Below are positions 47,740 through 62,316 of a DNA stretch of 64,000 nt, piece by piece. The stretch covers positions 7,130,001 to 7,194,000 of the forward strand of contig OX597842.1 in assembly GCA_951406725.2 (NCBI GenBank), written 5' to 3'. A program made the position numbers and the translations under genes. Every line of letters starts with the position of its first letter. The stretch's first letter is position 1. Under the pieces are notes generated by a model. It did not search any database and was not told the DNA's origin. It worked only from the letters and a program-made list of their open reading frames with translations. Source of the stretch: Octopus vulgaris (taxonomy: Eukaryota).

Positions 47740-49150
47740 AGACAAAACAGCTAAAATACAAGACAAAAATGAAAGAGAAAATTATGAGACAGTATTACAG
47801 AAGAGTTAGATTAATATAAAACACTGAACTCAATGCTTAAAACAAAAGAATAGGGATAAACACACTAGCTGTACCAATCATAGATTACAGTTTCAACATA
47901 ATAAACTGGAAGATCAGTGAATTGAGAAACCTAGATAGAAAAACCAGTTATTAACAGCATAGCGAAGTCCCTAGCTCAAAGCAGACACAGACAGAATATA
48001 TCTACCCAGCCCAGGATAGAGAACTACTATAAAATAACAAGAGTTGGACTAGAAAGGTGCTTAGAAACAAAAAGTATAAGACTACTATATGAAAAAAAAA
48101 AAAAGAAAACACTTTTCTCCAGATACAAGGAAGTGACAAAATACAAAACAGAAGAAACAAACTACACTGATGCACTTATCTCAGATGACAACATAGCAGA
48201 AATGGTCAGAGACAAAAAAAAGCAAACAAAAACACAACTACAAAACATAATAAAGAAGAAATGAAGAAAAAAATCACTCAATGACAGAATGATAGAAGAA
48301 GGTTTGCTCTTCCTTCCGCAGAAGAAAAAATTCAAATCGGACCATGTTAACACCAAAAATTATTTACATCAAAAAGGTGTTTTTCTTTTCTATGAAAATC
48401 CCTATTTTTACAATTTTTTGACTGCTGTGTCGTCATTTTTCTGTGTATTTCAACCAGAAAAATGTTCACAAAGTTTTACAGAGAAGAAGTGAGCCTAAGT
48501 AAAAACTAAAAATGGCTCAAAAACTCTGGACTAAAAGCAGAAATGAAAGGACAGAAATGAAACTTGCTACACAAGTCCAATGCCTGTCTACAAAGAACTA
48601 TAAAAGCAAAATAATGATAACAGGCCCTAACACCAAATGCAGAATGGACAACCAGCACAATGAGACAGTTGACCACATCTTCTCTGGCTGTCCAGTCTTT
48701 GCCAAATTTTAGTATATATATATACAAGCATGATTAAGTAGTTATATTCAATGGAAAATATGCCAACATTACAACATTAAAACTGACACGAAATGGTATA
48801 AACATGTACCAAACAAGGTACATGACAAGGACCAGGCCACTATCATCTGGGATATGCCTGTTCAAAGAAAAGCTAATCACTCAGACATTATAATCAAGGA
48901 TTGGAAAACAAACACCTACTTAGTGATGGACATTGCAGTCTCTTCTGGCAAAAATGTTGCCCAAAAAGAAGTGAAGTTGTCACAGATCTCGGAGATCTCA
49001 AAATTGAAGTATTCAAGACGTGGAGCATGAAGGTGAAAACAATACCAGTAATAATCAGAGCATTGGGTATGATAAAAAAAACATAAAAACGTAGAAACAT
49101 TACTTGGCCCCTCCACACTGCACACTATCCCTAAAATAGCCCTGATAAGA
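47740..49150 (+). mobile_element. Degenerate R4/Dong-clade non-LTR retrotransposon (restriction-like endonuclease type)
   Basis: Fragments YYRRVRLI..ELNA.NK..INTLAVP..YSF, QCLSTKNY..KCRM..ETVDHIFSGCP, IIWD, DIII..MDIAV, KTIPVII.ALG. A related fragment lies at ~50550-51190 and ends in (AAT)n. Confidence 0.78.
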
Positions 49151-49179
49151 GGACAAAAGATGAAGAATGTTTCTGGAAG

Positions 49180-49662
49180 ACTACAAGCATCACCCAGGAA
49201 ATTAGGGAGAAAATTCATCAGCTTGTGCATAAGGATCATTAGGGGACAATCAACAACATTACTGATGTTAGTATGTCATATGGGTTCATGTAGGCAACCC
49301 TAGCATCTGGATTCTTCACAATGACTGCACTCTATCACCAAGTTCTCTTCACTAATGTGTTTCTCACCAAAAGCAACATGGTATCACTTCTGCACCCACC
49401 CTATTTACCAGATTTAGCACCCGCTGGTTTCCATCTCTTCCCCAAGATGAAAAGGCAGATCAAAGGTCACTGTTTTAACACTGTTGTCGAGATCCAGAGC
49501 AAATCGCAGAAGATCCTTGACTCGCTTATGGAAAACAACTTCCAGGCCTGATTCCAAAGTAGCAGAAACACAAGGTGACTATTTCGAAGGAGGTGATGTT
49601 AAAACTTAGGTAAATAAGTTATTTTTTAATAAACATAACTAGTTTGGGAACCTTTTGATACC
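49180..49662 (+). mobile_element. mariner transposase relic
   Basis: LLHPPYLPDLAPAGFHLFPKMKRQIKG matches the mariner HPPYSPDLAP motif. Confidence 0.8.
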
Positions 49663-52600
49663 ACCACATCATCGTTTAATGTCTATTCAGCTGGCAAAAA
49701 TGAGTTTTACCCGTATTTCAAAGGGCCAGGTCTTGTCACACTCTGTGTCATGCTGAATCTCCCTGAAAACTACATTAAGGGTATACCTATTTCTTTACTA
49801 CCCACAAGGGGCTAAACACAGAGGGGACAAACAAAGACAGACAAACAGATTAAGTCAATTATATCGACCCCAGTGCGTAACTGGTACTTATTTAATCAAC
49901 CTCGAAGGGATGAAAGGCAAAGTCGACCTCGGCGGAATTTGAACTCAGAACATAGCGGCAGACGAAATACCGCTAAGCATTTCGCCCAGTGTTCTAACGA
50001 TTCTGCCAACTCTGTGGAGTACTCAGCTACTTGTACACTAATTTCACAAGCAGGCTGTTCCATTGATCGGATCAACTGTAACCCTTGTTGTAATCCATGG
50101 AGTGCCAGAATCTTGTCTACCACATGAGCTCTTTCACCAAAGCCACCAGACGAATAAAGCCTGCCCGTTCTTACTGCCCAAACGAAGGAAGTGGAGCAAT
50201 CTTCACAGTGGACTCAGCTGACAATCAAATCCATACCACACGACAGCTGGTGTTCATCATAACTTCACAAGTCAGCAATGATCACACACTGGATGAAAGC
50301 ATTCAGGAGAGTTTCATTACTCTGATCACAATACTGATAATAATTTCAAATTTTGGCACAGGGCCAGCAACTGCTGGGGATGGGAGGGTAAGGCAATTAC
50401 ACCAACCCCAGTGCTCATCTGGTACTTAATTTATCGATCCCCAAAAGATGAAAGGCAAAGTGAACCCCAGTGGGATTTGAACTCAGAACGTAAGGACAGA
50501 TGAAATATCGCTAAGCATTTCGACCGGCATGTGTTGCTTACTTTGAAACAGGGGAAAAGAGCAGATGTTAGGGGCAGAGAACTGCCAAACGGAGAGCAAA
50601 TGGGAGACCTGGATGATGGTGGGTACAAGTATTCTGGGGGTCCTGAAGCTGGACAATATCTTGCATACGGAAATGGAAGACAGGGTCACCACAGCATATT
50701 TGAAGAGCCTTAAACTTCTCTTGAAGTCAAAACTAAATACAAGGAACCTTGTGTCTGCCATCAACATAGAGGCTGTTGCTGTAGTCTGCTGTAGTGCACC
50801 CATTCTGAAATGGACGTGAGCAGGGATTGACCGTCTCGGTCACACTACCAGAAAGACGATGACAATACATGATGCCCTCTACCCTAATGTGAATGTACAC
50901 AGGCTGTACAAGAAGAGGCATGAAGGTTGACATGGTCTGAAAATCATGCAAGAGTGAGATTGCAACAAGAGTGAAAGCAGAAGCATGACAGAGCACATGG
51001 TAAACAGCAAAGAAGAGCTGCTCCAGTTTGTGGCTAATGCAGGAGGATTTACCAACAATGGAGTTGAGAGTGCTGATGAATTCTGATCACAAATAGTCAA
51101 CAAGAAAGGAGGAACACTACTCCACATGGAAGTACATGGAGAGTTTCATTGTGAAATTGACAAAAGACCAGGAGGTATCATGGAGGTGTCCAATAATAAT
51201 AATAATAAGAGCAAAAAGCTCCACCAAGGTAACACCAACGTCTCTCAATGATTAGCCAGAGATGATTTTTAAAATGAGAATATCTGAAATAAATTTGACT
51301 GCTCTCACAAATGAGAATACTAAAAATGAACCTAACCGCTCTCAAAACTTAAGTAAAAAAAAACAGGAAAAATAATCCAGAATCCTTGTCTGGTATCAGA
51401 TTTATCCCAAAATCTAATCAGTTTGTGCCAGTCATGAGGCCAAATATTCCTGAAAGTTTCATCCAAATCCATCCAGTGGTTCTTGAGATATCTTGTTCAT
51501 GGATAAACAAACAAATACAACTGAAAACAATACCTCCATCTTCGCTAAGGTGGAGGTAATAATAATCCTTTCTACTATAGACACAAGGCCTGAAGTCTTG
51601 TAGGAGTGGACTAGTCAATTGCAATGACCTCAGGGTTTGTTAACCCCAACAGAATGAAAGACAAAATGAATTTCAACTCAGAACATAAAGATGAACGAAA
51701 TACTGCTAAGCATTTTGCCTGGCATGCTAGCAATTCTGGCAAATTACTGCCTTATTTTTTAAAATGACATTACAAATGTCACAAGGTATTTCTCCAAATA
51801 ATAATAATAATAATTATGATTTGTTTTACTAGCTTTATGAGTCAGAGTTCAGATTCCGCTGAGGTTGACTTCGCCTTTCATCCTTTCAGGGCTGCTAAAA
51901 AAAATACTAGTTGAACACTGGGGTCAATGTAAACAACCAGCTCTATTCCCTCAAGATTATTATTTATCATTATTATTATTTGAGTGAGAGAGCAGTGCAT
52001 GCCATCAAAGTGACATTGGGGTAAAACATACGAAGCCCAGTATACACATGACTACCCGTCTGATAAGGGTACACCATGCACTTGCATCACAACCATATGT
52101 GCGCAACATGGTGATCTTATATCAAGATAAACAGCACATGACCTTGCAGGTGGGGCCCAGTTAGAATTTCCTTCAGGTCGAGTAACCCATCCCACTCAAA
52201 AGGTCCCTGAATAAGAGTTGTTTAAGGATGTTGAACAAACCACCCATGTTTCCAAAGGTGAATTATTCAAACCCTAAAGAATCCCTCTCAACACATGACT
52301 ATGATACTCCCTCACTACTTCTGCTCATGATCGTCAACCACTAAGGGACATGGTCAACTTGTTACGGTCAAACAACTGACAAGCAAATCTGTGGTATTGA
52401 GCAGAATATTTGCTGTAGCCCATCTTTTATACCAAAACAAAACAATGTACATGATAACACTTCCAATCGGTTAAGATCAGAAGCCATGAGAGCCACTGTC
52501 TGGTACTGCATCAGGACATTTATTATCATTATTATTATTATTATTATTATTAGACAAGGCGGTGAATTGTTAGCACGTTGGATGAAATGCTTACCAGTAT

Positions 52601-52779
52601 TTCGCCTGTCACTACATTCTGGGTTCAAATTCTGCAGAGGTCGACTTTACCTGTCATCCTTTTGGGGTTGATAAATTAAGTACCAGTTGAGTACTGGGGT
52701 TGATGTAATCGACTATCTCCCTCCCTCAAATATCAAGCCTATAATAGAAAGGTTTATTATTATTATTAGATGCTGGTCA

Positions 52780-53323
52780 CTAAACTTTGCTTGCGAAGAC
52801 CTGTTGTGGCAAGTGAAATCAAAATCATTTCGATGACTGGCATCAGTGCTAGCGGGGTGCAAAGAGCACCATACGAGTGTGATCGTTGACAGAGAGGCTA
52901 TTCGAGTATGATCATTACCAGCGTTGCCTTACTGGCACTTGTGCCATTGCTAGTAGGGTGCCAAGAACACCATCCGAGCGTGATCGTTACCAGAGCAGCC
53001 AACTGGCTTCCGTACCCGTGGCATGTAAAAGGGCACCATTTGTGATCGTTACCAACGTCGCTTCACTGGCACCTGTGTCGGTGGCATGTGTAAAAAGATT
53101 TGAGCGAGGTCATTGCCAATACCACCTGACTGGCCCCCATGCCGGTGGCAAGTAAAAAGCACCCACTACACTCTCGGAGTGGTTGGCATTAGGAAGGGCA
53201 TCCAGCTGTAGAAACTCTGCCAGATCAAGACTGGAGCCTGGTGCAGCCATTTGGTTGCCAGTCCTCAGTCATTCGTCCAACCGATGCTAGCATGGAAAAC
53301 GGACGTTAAACGATGATGATGAT
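52780..53323 (+). mobile_element. RTE-type 3'UTR fragment with (GAT)n tail
   Basis: GAGTGGTTGGCATTAGGAAGGGCATCCAGCTGTAGAAAC..GGACGTTAAACGATGATGAT. Similar fragments lie at 18632-19190, 23009-23345, 24925-25225, 40574-40740 and 58385-58745 (all minus). Confidence 0.8.
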
Positions 53324-56300
53324 GTACAATATTGTGTTGTAGATTGAAGATATTTTGTGTACCAGGGATTTGTATCCTGTGTTAAGTCACGATAAGGGCC
53401 TCAGAAAGAAATTACTTCATGCAGTACCATGTAAAGCAACACACCAAGATTGTAGAGTATTTCTAAGTGTCTAGATGTTTCTTCAGGTTGGGTGGTACAG
53501 AGCCCAATGCTCCGATATTTTTATTAGCATGCTGGGCAAAATGTTTAATCACAGCCATGTGTTGAGAAGGATTCTTTGGGGTTTGAATAATTCACTTCTG
53601 GAAACATGGGTGTTTCATTCAACATCCTTAAACAATCCTTATTTAGGGACCTTTCATCTGTTTTTACTTTCTGAGTTTAAATTCTGCCGAGGTCAACTTT
53701 GCATTCTATCCTTTCAGGGTTGATGAAATAAGTACCAGTTACGTACTGGGGTTGATATAATCAACTATCCGCCACACCGAAATTTCGGGCCTTGCGCCGT
53801 AAGTAGAATGGATTATTATTATAATTATCATAATTATTACGGTGGTGAGCTGGTAGAATTGTTGGCATGCTGGGCGAAATGCTTAGCAGTATTTCGTCTA
53901 TCTTTACATTCTGAGTTCAAATTCTGCCGAGGTTGACTTTACCTTTCATCCTTTCGGGGTCGATGAATTAAGTACCCGTGAAACAATGGGGTCCGATGTA
54001 ATCGACTAGTCCCCTTCGCCCCAGATTTCAGGCCTTGTTCCTTTGTGAGCTGGCAAAATTGTTAGCAGGCCGGGCCAAATGTTTAGTGACATTTTGTCTG
54101 TCTTCACATTCTGAGTTCAAATTCCGCCGAGGTTGATTTTGCCTTTCATCTTTTCGGGGTCAATTAAATATGTACCAGTTACGCACTGGGGTCGATATAA
54201 TCGACTTAATCCCTTTGTCTGTCCTTGTTTGTCCTCTCTATGTTTAGCTCCGTGTGGGTAGTAAAGAAATAGAAATATGCATTACGGCTATCCTTACGTT
54301 CTGAGTTCAAATTTCGCCGAGGTTGACTTTGCCTTTCATCTTTTCGGGGTCGTTAAATTAAGTACCTATTTCTTTATAACCCACAAGGGGCCAAACACAG
54401 AGGGGACAAACATGGACAGACATAGGTATTAAGTCGATTACATCGACCCCAGTGCGTAACTGGTACTTAATTTATCGACCCCGAAAGGATGAAAGGCAAA
54501 GTCGACCTCGGTGGAATTTGAACTCACAACGTAACGGCAGCCGAAATACCGCTAAGCATTTCGCCCGACTTGCTAACGTTTCTGCCAGCTCGAAACAGTA
54601 GGGTCGATGTAATTGATTTAACTCCCCACCACCACCACCACCACCACCATTTCAAGCCTTGAGCCTTTAGCAGAAAGGTTTGTTATTATTAAGGGATAAA
54701 AGAGAGGAAAAGAAAGAATGAGATGAAGAAGGAGAAGAATGGCAGAATAAGAATAAAAGAGATGAAGGAGAAGAATGAGCAGAAAGTGGAGAAAAGAGGA
54801 AGAAGAAAAAGGAACAGGAAAAAAAAACACGAAACAAACGAAAACTGAAGAAGGAAACCTAAACAAGGTGAAAGAAGGAAAAAGGTGGAGATGGGGAATG
54901 GCGGACATGTTGGAAAAATATGTCGACATGAAAGAAGACGGAAACGGGAAGAGGCTGGTTAAGAAGCGCGGACGGATGGTGGCCATAAAGTCGGGGTGGC
55001 ATCGGGGTAGATATAACGACTCTAAACTGAACCCCCATTTAGTAGCCGGTTGTCATTTTCGGTCCCCCATTTAAAAACCGTAGAACCTAGTCGTAAAACA
55101 TGAATGTATGTATATACACACACACACACATATATATATATATGTATATACAGACACACACACATGCTTGTGTCTGTACGTGCGTATATAGATGTGTGTG
55201 TGTGTGCTTCATCCATTTATTTTGATGTATGCCTGACTACATGCATTCATACACACACAAATACACATACAGTGTGGGCCAGAAGTCAAGCTCCAAAACA
55301 ATTGGCATTTTATTTATATTATAATTCATTTCGTTCACCGTGTGCAAGTACGGGTGAATTTATCATTATTTTACTCGTTTTATTCAATTTTAGAAAAATC
55401 GAAGCACATCCTTTGACGATTCTAGAGCAATCATATATTAAATGAGGTTTGATCTTGGTGCATAACTTTTGGCCCGGCCTTGTGAGTTTGTATAACGTAT
55501 ATAAAATATACGTTGTACAATTATACAAACGCACACACGAATGCGGCCAAACAGCAACCAAACCTCTCTCAAATCACACTCAAAACCTCTTATAGAAGCA
55601 GGACGACACACGGCAATGTACTCCTAGGTACAAAAAGACAACATAGCCTTGGATCGTAGCTCTGTCCCATCAAAGCTGACCTGGGGCTAAACAGCATCAA
55701 AAACATATACATGTTTATACATCCCATCATATTGTAGACGAGCGATATATACACCCTACACCTCTAAACGCAGCAGTCCCATCTCACGTTTTTCTACACA
55801 GTTGTTTAACCCATGGTCGGGTCTGATCCAACAGATAATGCAGTCCTAGGAACACTATGTCAGATTAAATGATGTGATGGTCACGGTTGAAACCTCTTTG
55901 ATCATAAAGTATACTGGATTAGAACCTTCATCCAAGCAAGCCTATGATCAAAGATGTTCCAACCGTGACCATCTGATCTTTTTTCTGGCAGATTATACCG
56001 TCTAATATGCCCTTTTTTAAAAAGACACCAGCCTGTGATTCGTCTTACAAAATCAACACATTGAATGATGTAGTCTTAGATATACTGTGTCAAAAAGTGA
56101 GAACAGAAGGTGGCAAATTGGCAGAGTTGTTAGAACACCTTGTAGTATTTGTTCCAACCCTCTATGCTCTGAGTTCAAATCCCACCGGAGCCAACTTTGC
56201 ATTCTGGGTAGCTGAGGATGGTGGCTTGCAGGGGCATGTTTTTGCAGACCAAGCTGTGATGACACTGACCCCGTGTTATCACAGATCAATCCATGATAAG

Positions 56301-57156
56301 CTTAACGTGATTCACAATTGAGCATACCATGTTACCCTGGATCAGTGACAAATGGGTAACGCATTCATCTAACTCAGCGGTTCTCAACCGAGGTTCATAT
56401 AAGATTTTGGAAGTGTCCATGCAAGCGAAACACTAAATTGGGGACCTACAGTAGTATATTAAGGGTCCATGTACCACTGAATCCTCTCCTTGACTGCACT
56501 ATTTTCACGGATTCCCATGACTCTCTATCACCATCCAATTCCATTATTATGGATTTGAATTGGGAGTTTGAGTCATAATGGATCTTTCATAAGCTGATCC
56601 CACAACCATGGATGCCATCCCTATAGATACATGGCAGTTACTCTTTTGATAAAGCTTGGTGATCCTCACCGTTGATCTTTCAGGATTCCCCTGCTCAGCA
56701 TCAATTTAAAAAGCACTGTTGGCCCAGTTGAGCTCCTCTGCAACTTCTTCACCATGCTGCGGTCCCATGACTTTGCTGTATCCCTGGAAGGATGGCTGAA
56801 TGGGTGCTATACCTTGCCAAAGGGCAGCCCATATCTATGCAGAGCACAGTCATCGCTCCATGAGGTATTTTCAAAATACTCACATACTGGCTCCTACACC
56901 AAATCTGTTATTTGGTGCAGACACAGCTGTGAGGTTAAGAAAGTTCCTCTGTAAACCATGTGGCTTTGGGTTCAGTCTCAGTGAGTGGCTCCTTGAACAA
57001 TTTCCTTCTACTATAGCTCTAGGTTGACCAAAAGCTTGTGAGTGGATTTGGTAGACTGAAATCAAAAAGAAGCTTCCCATATGCGTGTATGTGTGTGTGC
57101 TTCATGCCTTTGAAGCCATTTGGTTTGAAGAACAGTTAAGGGTTAGCATTAAGGGG

Positions 57157-57570
57157 AGTGGTTCTCAGCTGGGGTCCATATGGCCCTTGAGGGCCCCTAT
57201 AAGATTTAGTTGATAAAATTTAAAAATAAAATAAATGCGCCCTTTTAAAGCCTAGCCAGGCTCATGGGCCCGGTTTCCATGGCGTATGTGTTCCCCAGCT
57301 GGATGGGACGCCAGTCCATCGTGAAATGAAGTGTTTTACTCAAGAACACAACGTGTCGTCTGGGCCGGGAATCGAAACTACAATCATGATGCTGACACCC
57401 TAACCACTAAGCCACGCGCCTCCACAGTTGTTAAAATTTATCCACAATAAACTGGTTATACTTCTACAATACACAAAACATTTTAACAAATTTTTAATAC
57501 AATTTCTAAAATATTTAATTATAAAAATATCATAGAGGTCCTTAAGTAAAAAAATGGTTGAGAACCACTG
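57157..57570. mobile_element. hAT (Charlie-like) MITE with nested SINE
   Basis: AGTGGTTCTCAGC...GGTTGAGAACCACTG TIRs. Related ends lie at ~56374, ~57622 and ~58300. Confidence 0.6.
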
Positions 57571-60394
57571 AGGAAGGACATTCAGTTGTAAAACAATGCC
57601 TCAGAAACATGTTCATCTAACTCGGTGATTCTCAATGGGGTCCATATAAGATTTAGATGGGATCCACACAAGCAAATTACTAAATTAGGGACCTGCAGTA
57701 GTATACTAAGGGTCCATGAATACATACTCATATGAGAAAATCACTCAACATAGTTTGGTTGTTATCATTTTCTTAAGGTCTGTGAGTACGAATTTTGTAT
57801 ACCAATATTGTTGGTAAAGAAAAAGTCAAGATTAAATGCAAGGTATACATAATCGAGTTTTAAAATGACTGAAATAACAAGTAATTAAAAAAAGGGACAT
57901 TTTATGTGAAACAACCTAATACATAAGGTAGAGGGTAAAGTACTCCTTTGGTCATCAGTGACCATGGGGTTGCACCCAGAAAGTTACCCTCCGAGGCACA
58001 AGTTCGGGCAAGGTTGTTTGTGGAAGACCAGCAGTCGCCCATGCATACTGGCCGACCCTCTCCATGCCACGAGTGTTATCCAAGGGAATGGCAAAGGGGC
58101 CGATACAACTTGGCACCAGTGACATCGCAACTACAGCTGAGTGGACTGGAATAATGTGAAATAAAGTGTCTTGATCAAGAGCATAACATACAACCTGGTC
58201 TGGGAATCAAACTCACTACCTCACGATCATAAGCTTGATGCTCTAACCACTGAGCCCAAATAATAATCAAAGGGGTCCATAGGTAAAAAAATAGTTGAAA
58301 AACACTGATCTAACTCATGCTAGCATGGAAAAACATACATAAGAACAAAGAAAGATATATGTTGCTTATAGAGTTAAATTAGACATCATTGCTTAACGTC
58401 CACTTTCCATGCTAGCATGGGTTGGATGGTTTGACTGGGGTCTGGGAAGCCAGGAGGCTGCACCAGGCTCCAATCTGATCTGGCAGAGTTTCTACAGCTG
58501 GATGCCCTTCCTAACGCCAATCACTCTGAGAGTGTAGTGGGTGCTTTTTACGTGCCACCGGCACGAGGGCCAGTCAGGCGATACTGGCAACAGCTATGCT
58601 CAAATGGTGCTTTTTGTGTGCCACCTGCACAGGAGCCAGTCCAGTGGCACTGGCAATGACCTCACTCAAATGTTTTTTCATGTGCCAGTAAGGTGATGCA
58701 AGTAATGATCATGCTCGAATGGTGCTTTTTACGTGCCACCAGCAAACCATAAGTAACCAATATGGATCACCAGGTTACTTTTTAACATATTTAAGTTTTG
58801 GCTTAAAGGTTATAGCTATGTTGCTGTGACTTTCTTTATATTACACTGTGTAATATAACTTTTGTCTTTGGGTAGCAACTGTTATTTCACTTGTGTTGTG
58901 GTATTTATTCAAACCCCCAAAGAATCCCTCTTAACATATGGTTATGATGCTCTCCCACTTCTCTTGACCATGATCAAAGATGTAGATATTGTCAGCCACT
59001 AAGGGACATACTCAAGTGGTTAAGGTCAAGCAGCTGACAAGTAAATCAGTGCGGGGGTTGCAGAAGCGAAAATACCATTATAGCAAATATTCTGTTCAAT
59101 ACCACCAAATTAGGTTGTTGTCTTTGGTCAGTAAGTGTTATTTTCCTATTTGCTTCTATCTAGAAATCAAAAAAAAAAACTATTCTTCCCTTCAAAGTAT
59201 TTCAAATGGCCAGCCTTGTCACACTGTGTCACGCTGAATCTCCTTGAGAACTAGGTTAAGGGTACACGTGTCTGTGGAGTGCTCAGCCACTTGCATGTTA
59301 ATTTCACGAGCAAGCTGTTCTGTTGATTGTATCAGCTGGGACTCTCGTCATCGGAACCTAGTGGGTGGCCCAATTAGAGCTGATTTTAGAAGACTGGACT
59401 GCAATGATACCAATAAATAACAAGCTGGAAAGAAAGTACTGACCATCACGCTACACCATGTACAAAATGACCAGGAGTATACAATATTTGTGAGAGTATA
59501 GAAACAGAGTGCATGTCCAGACTGTCAGGTCAATAGTGAAGTCTGTCTTGGATGCTATTGGTAACATGGAATCGAAAACACCTTGTTGCTTAGTCAGGTT
59601 GCCAGTGACTAAACTGGCACCCACACTTGGCTTACCTAGCAAGGAGGATTGCTAGAAACCCAGTAGGACTAAACACAAATTATATACATAGGTACAGGAG
59701 TGGCTGTGTGGTAAGTAGCTTCCTTACCAACCACATGGTTTCGGGTTCATTCCCACTTTGTGGCACCTTGGGCAAGTGTCTTCTACAAATTCACTCACAA
59801 GGATTCGGTCAGCCCAAGGCTATAATAGAGGACACTTGACCAAGATCTTCAAGCTTTTATCTTTTACTTGTTTCAATCATTAGACTGCGGCCATGCTGGG
59901 GCACCACCTTGTTCATTCTGTCCAACCCATGCAAAAGTGTTAAAATGGTAATGCATGTATGTATGCATATGTATGCATGCATACATACATACACACGTGT
60001 GTAGCCCCTTGTGGCTACGCACTTAGGGGACAAACAGATTAAGTCGATTACATCGACCCCAGTGCGTAACTGGTACTTAATTTATCGACCCCAAAAGGAT
60101 GAAAGGCAAAGTCAACCTCAACGGAATTTGAACTCAGAACGTAACGGCAGACGAAATACCTATTTCTTTACTACCCACAAGGGGCTAAACACAGAGGGGA
60201 CAGACAAATGGATTAAGTCGATTACATCGACTACAGTGCGTAACAGGGTACTTATTTAATTGACCCTGAAAGGATGAAAGGCAAAGTCAACCTCAGCAGA
60301 ATTTGAACTCAGAACGTAACGGCAGACGAAATACTGCTAAGCATTTCGCCTGGTGTTCTAATGTTTCCGCGACCATGTGTATGCTGTAGTCTGC

Positions 60395-61290
60395 GATTTT
60401 TGTCATGGACAGGAAGTTAGAACAAAGAAGCCAACATGAACTGTTGCATTACACTTAAAAAGTCTACTACAGAGACACTGAGCATGCTTCGGCAAACTTA
60501 TAGCGACAAAGCAACGGATTGCATGCAAGGTTTTGGGTGGCAGATGTGCTTCAAAAGTGAAAGAAGATCCCTGGAAAATGATGAGCAATCTGGAAGACCT
60601 GCCATGAGTATCACTACAGAAATGTGGGCACAGGAGTGGCTGTGTGGTAAGTAGCTTGCTTACCAACCACAAGGTTCCAGGTTCAGTCCCGCTGCATGGT
60701 ACCTTGGACAAGTGTCTTCTACTATAGCTTCGGACCGACCAAAGCCTTGAGTGGATTTGGTAGATGGAAACTGAAAGAAGCTTGTCATATATATATATAT
60801 GTATGTATGTGTTTGTGTGTCTGTGTTTGTCCTCACAACATCGCTTGACAACTGATGCTGGTGTGTTTACGTCCCTGTAACTTAGCGTTTCGACAAAAGA
60901 GACCTATAGAATAAGTACTGGACTTTCATGAATAAGTCCTGGAGTAGATTTGCTCGACTAAAGGCGATGCTCCAGCATGGCAGCAGCCAAATGACTGAAA
61001 CAAGTAAAAGAGTAAAAGAGCTTCTACATGAAAATGACAATCAATGATGTTTTGAAGTGTTTGAGGGAGGATATCTGGTGAAAGGAACCGTATCTCTGGG
61101 GTGTGAAGAATGGGATTCTTCACGATGAAAATGCAACCTGTCACTGAGCTCTTCTCACTCGTGGGTTTCTCACCAAAAACAGCATGGTGTCACTTTTGCA
61201 CCTGTTTTATTCACCAGATTTCGCACCTGAGGACTTCCATTTATTCCCTAAGAAGAAAAGGCAGCTCAAAGGTCACTGTTTTAATACCAT
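60395..61290 (+). mobile_element. mariner transposase relic interrupted by a CORE SINE (60627-61020)
   Basis: LKKSTTETLSMLRQTYSD..FKSERRSLENDEQSGRP (HTH region), resuming after the SINE. Another relic lies on the minus strand at ~63690-64000. Confidence 0.72.
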
Positions 61291-61438
61291 ATCCATTAGG
61301 TTCCAAGTTCACAGCTGAAACTGGAGCAAGGGATCTGTATTAGGCATCCTAGTTAGCAGGTATATACATTATATTAGAGGAAAAAGGGCAACAAAAACCA
61401 AGGCAGGATGAGTATCATTTAGAGTAAGGTGAATTTGA

Positions 61439-61516
61439 TGTCTTACAGCTGTTTCTGGGATATCCCAACTGATAGGCTAGCATGTCTGTACCCTGGGTAT
61501 TCTGTCATCAGAGACA
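61439..61516 (-). ncRNA. Hammerhead ribozyme motif (PLE-type), left arm of inverted pair
   Basis: TGTCT-CTGATGA-c..~48 nt..a-GAAACAGCTGTA-AGACA: canonical core, 5-bp stem I, palindromic stem III. Confidence 0.65.
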
Positions 61517-61760
61517 AGGTGAGCATGTATGAAAATGTTCCAGGCAGGGAAATTCACAGTTTATAAAGAATAAAATTGTAGATAGAAGAATAAAGAGTAA
61601 AAAAGTAGAGAGAAGAATACAGACAGGAAAATAAAGTTCACAGTTCATCTTTTTCCAGAAGGTATGGAGGTTGGTCCATACTTCTGTGAAGATATAGGCC
61701 CAGGTAAACCCAGGCAGTATTTTGACTGATGCACTCATGGTTAGCTCGTAGTGTTCACCT

Positions 61761-61838
61761 TGTCTCTGATGACGGAATACCCAGTGTATGGGCATGCAAG
61801 CCTATCACTTGTGATCTCCCAGAAACAGCTGTTAAGAC
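61761..61838 (+). ncRNA. Hammerhead ribozyme motif (PLE-type), right arm of inverted pair
   Basis: TGTCT-CTGATGA-cgga..tccca-GAAACAGCTGTT-AAGAC. 61370-61525 and 61755-61925 are inverted copies. Confidence 0.6.
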
Positions 61839-62265
61839 TTCAAATTCATTTTACCCTAATTAAGTTATTCTAAATGACTTGAGACACTCGTCCTGTCTTG
61901 GTTTTTGTTGCCCCCTTCCCACTAATATAATGTATATGTATATATTTATGTGTGTGTGTGTGTCTGTTTGTCCCCCTGTCATCGCTTGACAACTGATACT
62001 GGTGTGTTTATGTCCCCGTAACTTAGCAGTTCGGCAAAAGAGACCAATAGAATAAGTACTAGGCTTCCAGAGAATAAGTTCTGGGGTCAGTTTCTTCAAG
62101 TAAAAGATACTAAATACAATTGCGTACATATACACTACAGAAAATGTAAGCATTCATACAGACATACATAGCATGTACACACACACACACATATATATAT
62201 ATTATAATAATTATTATTTGAGGGAATATTATCATTTTGAATTGATAAGAAGTGGTTTTTTTCTA

Positions 62266-62316
<51 letters not shown>

